DNA of 64,000 nucleotides, from contig CAZZNQ010000006.1 of assembly GCA_964655775.1 (NCBI GenBank), positions 14,534-78,533 of the forward strand. The letters run 5' to 3'. Positions 8,685 through 17,373 of the stretch are shown piece by piece (within the stretch, counting starts at the first letter, position 1; every line of letters starts with the position of its first letter). The position numbers and the translations under genes are program-made. Below the pieces are notes generated by a model that did not search any database, was not told where the DNA came from, and saw nothing but the letters and a program-made list of their open reading frames with translations. The stretch comes from an uncultured candidatus Brocadiaceae bacterium (lineage in GTDB: Bacteria > Planctomycetota > Brocadiia > SM23-32).

Positions 8685-9674
8685 TCAGACGTCGACCGAC
8701 TCCCCGGTCTGGAACGATTTGATGGCGCCTTCGATTATGCGCTGTGCGCGCAGGGCCGCTTCGCCGGACGCCTCGATCTGGTCCGGCGGTGTGTCGGCAA
8801 TGAGCTGATCGACCCAGTGCGATATGCGGCTCTTGAACGTGTCGGCGAAGCTGCGCATTCCGCCCAGGTAGTCGTAGCGCTCGACCTCGATGCTGCGCCG
8901 CGGATAGAAGTACAGACGTTCGCAGGCGTCTTCGATCACGAAGCGTCCGTCGGATCCGGCCACGTCGCAGGTCTCCAGTCCGAAGCCGACGCCGGCGTCG
9001 TAACTGCCGGTGAGGTTGCCGACCACGCCGTTCTCGAACAGCATGCCCACCTGGGCATTGGACCAGATGGTGCGCCCCTTGCCCTTCGACAGGAATGCGT
9101 GCACGGTCTTCACATCGCCGCAGAAGTAGCGCATTACGTCGACCGAGTGCGGGTGCAGGGCCCGCATGTGGAACCACGGCGAGGTCTCGTTCGGGTTGTT
9201 GATCCACATGCGCATGTTGATGAGGTGAAGCTGCCCCAGGCGGCCCTGGTCGACCCATTCCTTGGCGCGCAGGGCGGCGGGGGTGAAGCGGTGGTTCAGG
9301 TCGATGGCGTAGGGGACATTCTTCTCCCTGGCCAGCGCGACCATCTCTTCGGCTTCCTCTATGTTGTTCGAGATAGGTTTCTCGCCCAGAACGGGAAACC
9401 CGGCGCCCAGAAGCTCCATAGTGGGCTCGTAGTGATCGCCGCCGTTCTCCACACCGGCGGTGCACATGCTGCACGCGTCGATCTCGATGCCGCTGTCCAG
9501 CATCTCCTGGACGCTGCAAAACGCCTTCGCGTCGTAGGCGTCGGCGGCCTTGTCGGCCTTCTCCTCGATGATATCGCACACGGCGACCACGTCGGCCTGC
9601 TCCAGGTCGGTGTAGACCTGCGCGTGCTTATTGCCGATGTTGCCCAACCCGACGATTCCGATCTTCAGTGCCAT
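8685..9674 (-). CDS. Gfo/Idh/MocA-family oxidoreductase
   Basis: 329-aa ORF: MALKIGIVGLGNIGNKHAQVY and VLGEKPISNNIEEAEEMV. Paralog of 2810..3802. Confidence 0.85.
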   Translation of the reverse strand: MALKIGIVGLGNIGNKHAQVYTDLEQADVVAVCDIIEEKADKAADAYDAKAFCSVQEMLDSGIEIDACSMCTAGVENGGDHYEPTMELLGAGFPVLGEKPISNNIEEAEEMVALAREKNVPYAIDLNHRFTPAALRAKEWVDQGRLGQLHLINMRMWINNPNETSPWFHMRALHPHSVDVMRYFCGDVKTVHAFLSKGKGRTIWSNAQVGMLFENGVVGNLTGSYDAGVGFGLETCDVAGSDGRFVIEDACERLYFYPRRSIEVERYDYLGGMRSFADTFKSRISHWVDQLIADTPPDQIEASGEAALRAQRIIEGAIKSFQTGESVDV

Positions 9675-9795
9675 CTGCTCTTCTCCGACCTGTTACGGGA
9701 TTTGCCGGCAAAACGGTTAGACAATACGTCGGGCGGGACGTCATATCCAGTGAATGCGGCGAAACACGGGGAAATCGCCGTGAAACTCACCGGCT

Positions 9796-10974
9796 TCAGG
9801 CCGGCCTTCCCTCATATTCGCTCTCCGCCGCCTGCACGGCACGTCCGTCGCCCGGCGCCGCGTCCATCTCCGCGAGCACGGTTTCCAGGGCGTGGAGGGC
9901 CGCTGTGACATGCTTTTTCGTGGCGCTCTCACCCATGAGACCGATGCGCCATGCTTTGCCCTTGAACTCGCCGAGTCCGCCGCCGAACTCGATGCCGTGG
10001 TCCGCCAGCAGACGCCTGCGCACTTCGGCCTCGTCGACCCCCTCGGGAGCGCCGACGGCATTGAGCATGGGAAGCTGGTGATCGGGGTCGGCCAGGTACC
10101 GCAGGTCCAGGGCCTCCAGCCCGGCCTTCAGCGCACGGTGATGGCCGAGGTGCCGTCGCCATCGCCGCTCAAGTCCTTCCTCCACCACGATGCCGAGGGC
10201 CGCGTGGAGGCCGTAGATCATGTTCACCGGCGCGGTGTGATGGTAGAGGCGCTCTGTGCCCCAGTACTGCCGCACCATGCCCATGTCCAGATACCAGCTC
10301 TGCACCTTGTCCTTCCGACTCGACATGGCATCTTCGGCGGCGCGGCTGAAGGTCACGGGCGCCAGGCCGGGCGGACAAGACAGGCATTTCTGGCTTCCTG
10401 AGTAGCAGGCGTCGATCTGCCAGCCGTCCACGTCCACCTCCATGCCGCCAAGGCTGGTCACAGCGTCCACGAGGAGCAGGGCGCCTTCTTCATGAACCAC
10501 TTCGCTGACCGGCTCGATCGGCTGGGCGGCGCCCGTGCTGGTCTCGGCATGAACGATGCCCACCAGCTTGAAAGGCCCCTCCTCCCACATGGCATCCCGG
10601 ATCTGCTCCGCGGCGAACACGCGGCCCCAGGGCACGCTGACGGTAGTCACCTCGGCACCGGCCCGCTCGGCCACGTCGGCCATGCGCGTGCCGAACACGC
10701 CCTGGACGCAGACCAGCATTCGATCGCCCGGCTCCACCAGATTGACCACACAGGTTTCCATGCCGGCCGATCCGGTCCCGCTGACAGCGAGCGTAAGTTC
10801 GTTCTCCGTCTGGAACACGACCTGGAGACGGGCTCGCACGTCGTTAAGGACTTCAAGGAACTGAGGGTCGAGGTGGCCGATCGTGGGTCGGGCCATCGCT
10901 TCAAGAACGCGGGGATTGACGTCCGACGGTCCCGGCCCCATCAGCATCCGCGGCCATATGTCTTCGGTGTTCAT
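9796..10974 (-). CDS. class V aminotransferase (alanine-glyoxylate/serine-pyruvate aminotransferase-like)
   Basis: The ORF track starts at 11133. ATG at 10974 gives [27 protein letters not shown]. Other blocks are [20 protein letters not shown] and the PLP-lysine context YSGSQKCL. Confidence 0.85.
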   Translation of the reverse strand: MNTEDIWPRMLMGPGPSDVNPRVLEAMARPTIGHLDPQFLEVLNDVRARLQVVFQTENELTLAVSGTGSAGMETCVVNLVEPGDRMLVCVQGVFGTRMADVAERAGAEVTTVSVPWGRVFAAEQIRDAMWEEGPFKLVGIVHAETSTGAAQPIEPVSEVVHEEGALLLVDAVTSLGGMEVDVDGWQIDACYSGSQKCLSCPPGLAPVTFSRAAEDAMSSRKDKVQSWYLDMGMVRQYWGTERLYHHTAPVNMIYGLHAALGIVVEEGLERRWRRHLGHHRALKAGLEALDLRYLADPDHQLPMLNAVGAPEGVDEAEVRRRLLADHGIEFGGGLGEFKGKAWRIGLMGESATKKHVTAALHALETVLAEMDAAPGDGRAVQAAESEYEGRPA

Positions 10975-10999
10975 CTGCGGCTGTCTCCGTTCGTCGGGA

Positions 11000-11968
11000 T
11001 CAGCGGTTGTAGTCCGGAATCGGTCCGCGCAGCTCGTCCCACACGGCGTCACAGCCCTCCAGCACGTCCTCGGGCAGCGGCCCGCTGCAGGCGGCCAGGT
11101 TCTGGTCCAACTGGGCCGGCGAGCTGGCCCCAAGGATGATGCACGAGACGTCCGGCTGCGATAGCAGCCAACGCAGGGACAGCTCGACGAGCGAGATCCC
11201 CGCCTTGTCGGCGACTTCGCCGAGCCGGCTCACCGCGTCGAAGAGCCTGTCGTGCCAGTAGCGCCCGCGATACATCTCTTTTCGCCCGAAGCGCGTGTCC
11301 TCGTCCGGCTTCGTGCCCTTGGTGTGCTTGCCGGTCAGCAGTCCGCCGGCCAGCGGATTGTAGACCAGCGTCCCGAGGCCGAACTCGCGGCACATCGGCA
11401 GCAGTTCCTGCTCTATGCCGCGCGCGATCAGGTTGTACATCGGCTGCACGCTGACGATCGGGTGCCAGTCCCGACGGTCGCAAATCCAGAGCGCACGGCA
11501 GATCTGCCAGGCGGCGTAGTTCGAGACGCCGGCGTAGCGCACCTTGCCGGAGCGCACGAGTTCGTCCAGAGCGCCCAATGACTCCTCCAGCGGTGTGGTG
11601 TAGTCCGGCTGATGGAGCTGATACAGGTCGACGTAGTCCATCGAGAGTCGGCGCAGGCTGTCATCCACCGCCTTCAGGATGTGTCGCCGGGATAGCCCGC
11701 GGTCGTTCTCGCCGGGCCCCATCGGATTGAATACTTTGGTGGCGACGACGACCTCATCCCGCCGTCCGCGAAGGGCCTTGCCGAGAATCTCTTCGGAGAC
11801 TCCCTTGTTGTAGGCATCGGCGGTGTCGAAGAACGTCACGCCTGCGTCGAGGCACCGCTCCACCATGCGGATGGATTCGGCCTCGTCGGCTTGATCGCCG
11901 AACGTCATCGTGCCCATGCACAGCCGTGAGACTTTGAGTCCACAGTTTCCCAGACCCGGATAATCCAT
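11000..11968 (-). CDS. aldo/keto reductase
   Basis: The ORF track starts at 12463, and that extension overlaps the RraA-like gene in another frame. ATG at 11968 gives MDYPGLGNCGLKVSRLCMGTMTFG. It also has FFDTADAYNKG and VVATKV. Confidence 0.85.
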   Translation of the reverse strand: MDYPGLGNCGLKVSRLCMGTMTFGDQADEAESIRMVERCLDAGVTFFDTADAYNKGVSEEILGKALRGRRDEVVVATKVFNPMGPGENDRGLSRRHILKAVDDSLRRLSMDYVDLYQLHQPDYTTPLEESLGALDELVRSGKVRYAGVSNYAAWQICRALWICDRRDWHPIVSVQPMYNLIARGIEQELLPMCREFGLGTLVYNPLAGGLLTGKHTKGTKPDEDTRFGRKEMYRGRYWHDRLFDAVSRLGEVADKAGISLVELSLRWLLSQPDVSCIILGASSPAQLDQNLAACSGPLPEDVLEGCDAVWDELRGPIPDYNR

Positions 11969-11984
11969 GCTCTCGCCCCTTTCG

Positions 11985-12716
11985 CTACTGACCCTCCGGC
12001 TCCACCGTGAAGTCCATCGGAAGGCCCAGTTTCTCGTAGAGCTTCCGCCGCCCTGCGCTGTCGCCCTCGTGAACGGTGCGCGCATACGCGGCCACGTCCT
12101 TTGCCCGGTCGTAAGGCACGACGATGACGCCGTCCCCGTCCGCCACCACCACGTCTCCCGGCCGCACGAACACCCCGCCGACCGTGACCGGCTGCATGGT
12201 GGACTCCAGTTCGAGCCGGCCCGGTCGGATGCCGCGCCAGACGCCCGGACAGTAAACGGGGAAGCCCTGCTTGATGATCTCATCGGTGTCGCGCGCGCCG
12301 CCGTTGGTGACGGCGCCGACGATGCCGGCCGCCATCCAGTCCAGTGAATTCGCCGACCCGATGTAGCCGCAGTCCTTGACGCCTGCCGCGTCGATGACCA
12401 GGAAATCGCCGGCATGAATCTCAGCGGACCTGGGTCCCTGGGCCAGCTTGCCGTACCACTCACCGCGGAACTTCCGGTATTCTTCCACAGTGTCGAAAAC
12501 GGGTGCCCGCTTGTTCGTCGGCACGAAGCGTAAGGTATGGGCGATGCCGTAGGCGCGGTGCGAGAACGAATCGATGTCGCGCCAGAGCGGGCGGATCTCC
12601 CTGTCCATCAGGCCGACGTCCTGCAGCCCGACGGCGTCCATGCCGTCGCACACGTCGGTCACGCGAAGGCCGTTGAACAGCCCGAGCACCTCTTGCCTCT
12701 CGTCCTGCGTTGCCAT
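11985..12716 (-). CDS. RraA-family protein (putative 4-hydroxy-4-methyl-2-oxoglutarate aldolase/oxaloacetate decarboxylase-like)
   Basis: 243-aa ORF with LRVTDVCDGMDAVG, GDFLVIDAAG, GAVTNGGARDTDEI and VRPGDVVVADGDGVIVVP, which are typical RraA-fold blocks. Confidence 0.75.
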   Translation of the reverse strand: MATQDERQEVLGLFNGLRVTDVCDGMDAVGLQDVGLMDREIRPLWRDIDSFSHRAYGIAHTLRFVPTNKRAPVFDTVEEYRKFRGEWYGKLAQGPRSAEIHAGDFLVIDAAGVKDCGYIGSANSLDWMAAGIVGAVTNGGARDTDEIIKQGFPVYCPGVWRGIRPGRLELESTMQPVTVGGVFVRPGDVVVADGDGVIVVPYDRAKDVAAYARTVHEGDSAGRRKLYEKLGLPMDFTVEPEGQ

Positions 12717-12835
12717 CGTACGTCTCCCGGTCCATCGGATTCGTCGACACGGCCCGGCTGCATCCGGACCACCATCAGGGCGATTCTAACATCGGCGCGG
12801 CGGGAGTCCAACGGAGGGCAAATCCGGTCACGTGA

Positions 12836-12864
12836 TTGACTTGCCCCGGGCAGCCCTCTAGGAT
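12836..12864 (+). promoter_or_regulatory. sigma70-type promoter candidate for the ACS-like gene
   Basis: TTGACT (12836-12841), a 17-nt spacer, then TAGGAT (12859-12864). It lies in the divergent intergenic region, about 63 nt upstream of ATG 12934. Confidence 0.55.
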
Positions 12865-12933
12865 GGGAGTTGGCGGGGGGCGCCATGTACTCGGCCGCCG
12901 GCTCGCCCTGTTCCAGGTAAGCGAGACCGGCCG

Positions 12934-14766
12934 ATGATGATAGAAACCGTGGCCCAGTTACTGGCCGCCCTGCCGGAGAAGCTGCACACGTTCGAGGGAA
13001 GTGCATACCCGCTTCCGCTGTGCCAGGCCGTTCTTGGACGCCTTCCGGAGATATCGGAGATAGCAGACGCGGCGCGCTCCGATGACGGCGACGTGGGGCA
13101 CCACTCTCTGCACGTGGCCATGGCAGCGGAGTGCTACGAGGCGGCGCACCCGGACGCCGACGACGCGTTCGTGAAGGACGCCCGCCTGCGGAGTATGGTC
13201 TTCATGGGCGGCAAGTGGCGCGCCGGCTGGACCTTCATTCTGGGCGACGAGAGCGAGACCATCGTCCCGAGCCTGGAACAGAGGAACTTCATGGTCCAGG
13301 TTGGCGGGCCGCGCGCGACCTGGCCGGTGTACTGGCTCCAGATGATGGTGCGGTACGCAATGATCTGGGGTCAGATCCCGCCGGGCGAGGACCATGAGAT
13401 GGGCCATCTGCTGGAGGAGGATCTGCCCGGTGTGCTGATAGTACGCGGACGATGCAGCGAACTGGAATGCGTGCTGGCAATGGCGATGATGAAGCTGGGA
13501 TGCCCCGCCGTGGTGCCCCACGACTTCCCGTTCGAGGAGGGGCGGCAGGCCCGGGTCCATACCGAAGAAGAAGCCTTAAACGCCATCGCGACGCTGCCCA
13601 ACATGCGCGTGCGCGAGCAGGAAGGCGTGCGCACGGCCCTTCCCGACTACTGCAACCCCGCCCGTGCCAAGGAACCGTTTGAGGCCGCGTCAACCATCGG
13701 CGGCGGGGACAGCTTTCTGTTGTTGCGGCCCGGACAGGCCGGTGACGGCATCGAGATCATCGGTGATCCGACCGGCGGCATCGGCGTACTCATCGAGGTG
13801 GGCGACCCGCGCCTGGCCGTGGCCACGTCCGCCTACGTCGAGCGGACCGCGCTCGCTCTGCCTGACTACATGGAGGGGGTGCGCGTATTGGAGAAGGCGC
13901 CGCTGACCGTCGGACTGGCCGCGGGCGTCAGCCTGGATCCCGCCAAGCTGGCGAATGCACTTCACGCGGGCCTGCGGTGGCATTTCCCGCGCCTGCAGGA
14001 CATCCACGTGAAGCTGGTCTTTGAACCGGACGAGCTGGCAAGGGAAAGCACACGCGCGCGGCAGTTCGAACGCGAGCGAGAGCGAATCCGGGCAGAAGAG
14101 ACTGAGGCCGGCGTGGACCTGTTCGTGTCCTGCATCGAGTGCCAGACGTTTACGCACCGGCACGTGTGCATCGTCACCCCGGGGCGTCCTCCCATGTGCG
14201 GCCGCGACCCCGACCAGGTGCGGGCGGCGGCGCTGTTCGGCGCTACCTGGCACCCCTACCTGCGGCGTGGACTCAAGGCGCAGGACCTGCGGGAGATGGT
14301 GGACAAGGGCCGCTGCATCGATCCTCTGCGCGGCGAGTATGAAGGCGTCAACGAAGCGGTGCGACGGCTCTCCGACGGCGCGATCCAGCGCGTCTACCTG
14401 CACAGCCTGCGCGACTTCCCGCACAGTTCCTGCGGGTGCTTCCACTACCTGGCCTTCGAGATCGAGGGCTGCGGCATAGGGATCATGGATCGGAGCTTTC
14501 CGGGCAAGGCACCCAACGGCGAGACCTGGGACTCGCTGGCCAACCGAGCGGGCGGGAAGCAGACGCCCGGCATCACGGGCATCAGCGCCGGCTACCTGCG
14601 CAGCCCGGACTTCCTGAAGGCCGACGGCGGGCTCAAGAGTGTGGTCTGGGTAACTGCGAAGGTGATGGACCAGATAGAGGACTTGCTCCCCGGGGATCGG
14701 GGTCCCGCAACGGAACAGGATGCAGCGAGCATGGAGGAGCTGCGGGCTTACATCAGTCAAGGCTGA
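12934..14766 (+). CDS. acsB: acetyl-CoA synthase (CODH/ACS A-cluster subunit, AcsB/CdhC family) homolog, stand-alone
   Basis: 610-aa ORF. FVSCIECQTFTHRHVCIVTPGRPPMCG (14131-14209) reproduces the C-x2-C-x8-C-x9-C [4Fe-4S] pattern of ACS. SSCGCF (Cys-Gly-Cys at 14431-14439) matches the Ni-binding motif. Further ACS-like blocks are IDPLRGEYEGVN, GGKQTPGITGIS and FLKADGGLKSVVWV. Confidence 0.85.
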   Translation: MMIETVAQLLAALPEKLHTFEGSAYPLPLCQAVLGRLPEISEIADAARSDDGDVGHHSLHVAMAAECYEAAHPDADDAFVKDARLRSMVFMGGKWRAGWTFILGDESETIVPSLEQRNFMVQVGGPRATWPVYWLQMMVRYAMIWGQIPPGEDHEMGHLLEEDLPGVLIVRGRCSELECVLAMAMMKLGCPAVVPHDFPFEEGRQARVHTEEEALNAIATLPNMRVREQEGVRTALPDYCNPARAKEPFEAASTIGGGDSFLLLRPGQAGDGIEIIGDPTGGIGVLIEVGDPRLAVATSAYVERTALALPDYMEGVRVLEKAPLTVGLAAGVSLDPAKLANALHAGLRWHFPRLQDIHVKLVFEPDELARESTRARQFERERERIRAEETEAGVDLFVSCIECQTFTHRHVCIVTPGRPPMCGRDPDQVRAAALFGATWHPYLRRGLKAQDLREMVDKGRCIDPLRGEYEGVNEAVRRLSDGAIQRVYLHSLRDFPHSSCGCFHYLAFEIEGCGIGIMDRSFPGKAPNGETWDSLANRAGGKQTPGITGISAGYLRSPDFLKADGGLKSVVWVTAKVMDQIEDLLPGDRGPATEQDAASMEELRAYISQG

Positions 14767-14798
14767 TGTCCCTGCTGTCCCTCGCCTGCCTCTCAGGG

Positions 14799-14827
14799 TT
14801 GACCGGGAGCCGCCCTTCTGTTAGGCT
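14799..14827 (+). promoter_or_regulatory. sigma70-type promoter candidate
   Basis: TTGACC (14799-14804), a 17-nt spacer, then TAGGCT (14822-14827). It lies between the ACS-like stop and ATG 14870. Confidence 0.45.
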
Positions 14828-14869
14828 ACCGGAGCCGTATTCTCACGTCCTTTGACTGGGAGGCAGAGG

Positions 14870-16486
14870 ATGGAGGGCCTGCGCGGCCACAGGGCGGCGG
14901 TCTTTCTGGTGGTTGCTTTTGCTCCGCTCGCCCTGGCGGCGGGCTGTGCGCAGAGCGCCAACGGCGCTCGAAGCGAGAGAGCCCTGCCGAGGAAGTCCTC
15001 GATCGAGCAATACGGCATACGCTGGACCTTCGACCGTCCGACGCCTGTGGGGCAGTTCCTGAACGGCGACTGCTACGTGGTCGGGCCGGTAACGGTGACG
15101 GCCGTGGACCCGCCGCCGGTCAGAGCCGCGGACATCCCGCTTGACCAGCTAACTGGACGCGAACGGAAGATGGACGCCGCAAGCCGGATACGGAACGGGT
15201 CCATGCTCAACCCTCCGGCATGGGGCAAGGTATCCTACGACAGCCGAATCCGCAACGCCTACCGGCCCGATCTTATCACTCCGTTCCCGGTTCGGATGCA
15301 ACCGGGCGATACGCTGGTTTCCAGCGTAAGCTACCGGCAGATGGGAACCGCCCGCCGGATGCTCAATCCGTCCCGCAGGGCGGTGAGCCCGGTGCGAACC
15401 GCCGCCGTGCTGACCTGTCTTGCCGCGCCCGTGCCGGAAGACGCGTTCCGGCCTTGCTACGCAAATCCCGATCGGAAGATCTACCTCGGGCGAGATCTGC
15501 GGCGCCACCTGCTGCCGTCATTCAGCCGTGTGCCAAGCACCCCTCCAGTTGAGGAATGGGAGCGGGTGTTCCAGCGTCCCTGGCTGGACACGGTCTTCTT
15601 CGGCTTCGGGGCGCCCGAGGAGAACATGCCCGATTACGGTCGCGAAATAGGCGAGGCCTCAGGCATCGCAGCCCTGCTTCTGTGCACCGATCTGCCGATG
15701 GAGAGCAAGGAAAAGCTCATGGTCAACTTCGTGCAGGTCGGTATAGACAACTGGGGCCTGCTCCGAGCAGGCTGCCCGGGTTGGCGAGCCCACGGTGGCC
15801 ACGGCAGCGGCCGCAAACTGCCTATCGTATTCGCCGGGCTGTTGCTGGGCGATGAAGAGATGGCGTCGCCCACGAATAGTATCCCCGGCGCCGAGTTCAG
15901 CGAGGACATGCAGACGATGTACGACACCTGCTGGACCGGGGCGGAAGTGGTCTACGCCGGGCACGTCGGCAGGGACGGTGACGGCTCCTGGGGACCTTAC
16001 GAGCATCTGGAGCCGCGCGACTGGCTGGGACTGACCGGCGAGAGCTACCGCCGCTGCTGCACCAGCGTCTGCTGGGTGGGCCAGGCCCTCGCGGTCCACA
16101 TGCTGAACGCACGCCCGCAATGGAATCACGACGCATTTCTCGATTACTGCGACCGCTGGATGTTCGAGGACGACACCGAGCACGTCCGCATTATCAAGGA
16201 ACAGACCGGCCGCGACTTCTCAGCGGATTACCTGCGCCAGGGCCAGACGTGGTACCCCTTCGTAGACGAGATGTGGGCAAAGCACCGAAAGAACCTGCCG
16301 GCGCCGACCGACGGATGGAAGCGGCCGCACCGGCAACGTCGGCACCGGTTCCAGCCACGAGCAGAGGAACACAATGGTCAACATGTACCACGACGGCGAC
16401 GCGGATCTCGGCTGCCTGACGGGCCGGCGCATCGCCGTGATCGGCTACGGCAACCAGGGACGCTCCCAAAGTCTGAATCTGCGTGA
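14870..16486 (+). CDS. hypothetical lipoprotein (unknown function)
   Basis: The ORF starts at TTG 14852. ATG at 14870 is preceded by GGAGGCAGAGG. It has a signal plus lipobox (VVAFAPLALAAGC). The first roughly 500 aa have ordinary composition. The last roughly 37 aa are Arg-rich and overlap ilvC by 113 nt. Confidence 0.65.
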   Translation: MEGLRGHRAAVFLVVAFAPLALAAGCAQSANGARSERALPRKSSIEQYGIRWTFDRPTPVGQFLNGDCYVVGPVTVTAVDPPPVRAADIPLDQLTGRERKMDAASRIRNGSMLNPPAWGKVSYDSRIRNAYRPDLITPFPVRMQPGDTLVSSVSYRQMGTARRMLNPSRRAVSPVRTAAVLTCLAAPVPEDAFRPCYANPDRKIYLGRDLRRHLLPSFSRVPSTPPVEEWERVFQRPWLDTVFFGFGAPEENMPDYGREIGEASGIAALLLCTDLPMESKEKLMVNFVQVGIDNWGLLRAGCPGWRAHGGHGSGRKLPIVFAGLLLGDEEMASPTNSIPGAEFSEDMQTMYDTCWTGAEVVYAGHVGRDGDGSWGPYEHLEPRDWLGLTGESYRRCCTSVCWVGQALAVHMLNARPQWNHDAFLDYCDRWMFEDDTEHVRIIKEQTGRDFSADYLRQGQTWYPFVDEMWAKHRKNLPAPTDGWKRPHRQRRHRFQPRAEEHNGQHVPRRRRGSRLPDGPAHRRDRLRQPGTLPKSESA

Positions 16487-17366
16487 CAGCGGCTTGCAGG
16501 TGACGGTCGGATGCCGGGAGGACGAGTACGCCGCACGGGCACGCGAGGACGGATTCGAGGTGCTCGCACCCGTCGAAGCTGCCGCGGCCGGCGAGGTGAT
16601 TCTGATTCTCATACCCGATGAGGTCCAGCCGGGCGTCTTCGAGGCAAGCGTCGCACCGGGGCTTGTGCAAGGGGACGCTCTGGTCTTTGCCAGCGGATAC
16701 AACATCGCCTTCGATCTCGTCCACCCGCCGAGTTTCGTGGACATCTTGATGGTCGCTCCGCGGATGATCGGCCAGGCGGTTCGCAGCTGCTTCCTGGAGG
16801 GGGAGGGATATCCCTGCTTCGTCGCCTGCGAACAAGATGCTTCGGGGCACGCATGGGAGACGGCGCTGGCCGTGGCGCTAGCCATCGGTGCTACACGTGG
16901 CGGTGCAGTGGAAGCCACCTTCCTTGAGGAAGCCCTGATCGACCTGTTCGCCGAGCAGTTCCTGTGGGCGGGCATAGTGCGGCTGTTCCGCACGTACTAC
17001 GACGTACTGACGGCAGCGGGGTGCAGTCCCGAGACCGTGGCGACCGACATGTACCTCTCCGGCGAGATGGTGGAGATAGCGCGGGCAATGCGCGAAACCG
17101 GCTTCTTCAAACAGATGGAACTGCATTCGCAGACGAGCCAGTACGGGCAGCTCTCACGCGGCGACAGGGTGATCGGCCCACAGGTGCGGCAGGTCGCACT
17201 CGAGATCCTGGACGAGATACGCAGCGGCAAGTTCGCTGAAGAGTGGACCCGTGAACAGGCCGAAGGAAAGCCCCACCTGGCCCGTCTCAAGCAGGGAGCA
17301 TTCGCCCATCCGCTCAACCGGGTCGAAGAGCGCCTGAAGCGCACCGCAGAGGGAGAATCTCCCTGA
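16374..17366 (+). CDS. ilvC: ketol-acid reductoisomerase (class I)
   Basis: 330-aa ORF with RBS GAGGA 5 nt upstream. MVNMYHDGDADLGCLTGRRIAVIGYGNQGRSQSLNLRDSG matches the KARI N-terminus and NADPH loop. Typical class I length. Confidence 0.85.
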   Translation: MVNMYHDGDADLGCLTGRRIAVIGYGNQGRSQSLNLRDSGLQVTVGCREDEYAARAREDGFEVLAPVEAAAAGEVILILIPDEVQPGVFEASVAPGLVQGDALVFASGYNIAFDLVHPPSFVDILMVAPRMIGQAVRSCFLEGEGYPCFVACEQDASGHAWETALAVALAIGATRGGAVEATFLEEALIDLFAEQFLWAGIVRLFRTYYDVLTAAGCSPETVATDMYLSGEMVEIARAMRETGFFKQMELHSQTSQYGQLSRGDRVIGPQVRQVALEILDEIRSGKFAEEWTREQAEGKPHLARLKQGAFAHPLNRVEERLKRTAEGESP

Positions 17367-17373
17367 CCCGCAA

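Noticed and set aside
16250-16486. Calling the lipoprotein gene 14870..16486 a pseudogene or frameshifted gene because of its Arg-rich tail.
   Set aside because: No alternative frame continues a plausible protein there; the ilvC frame has a stop at 16263-16265. I cannot demonstrate an indel from the sequence alone. It is reported as an intact CDS with a noted overlap.
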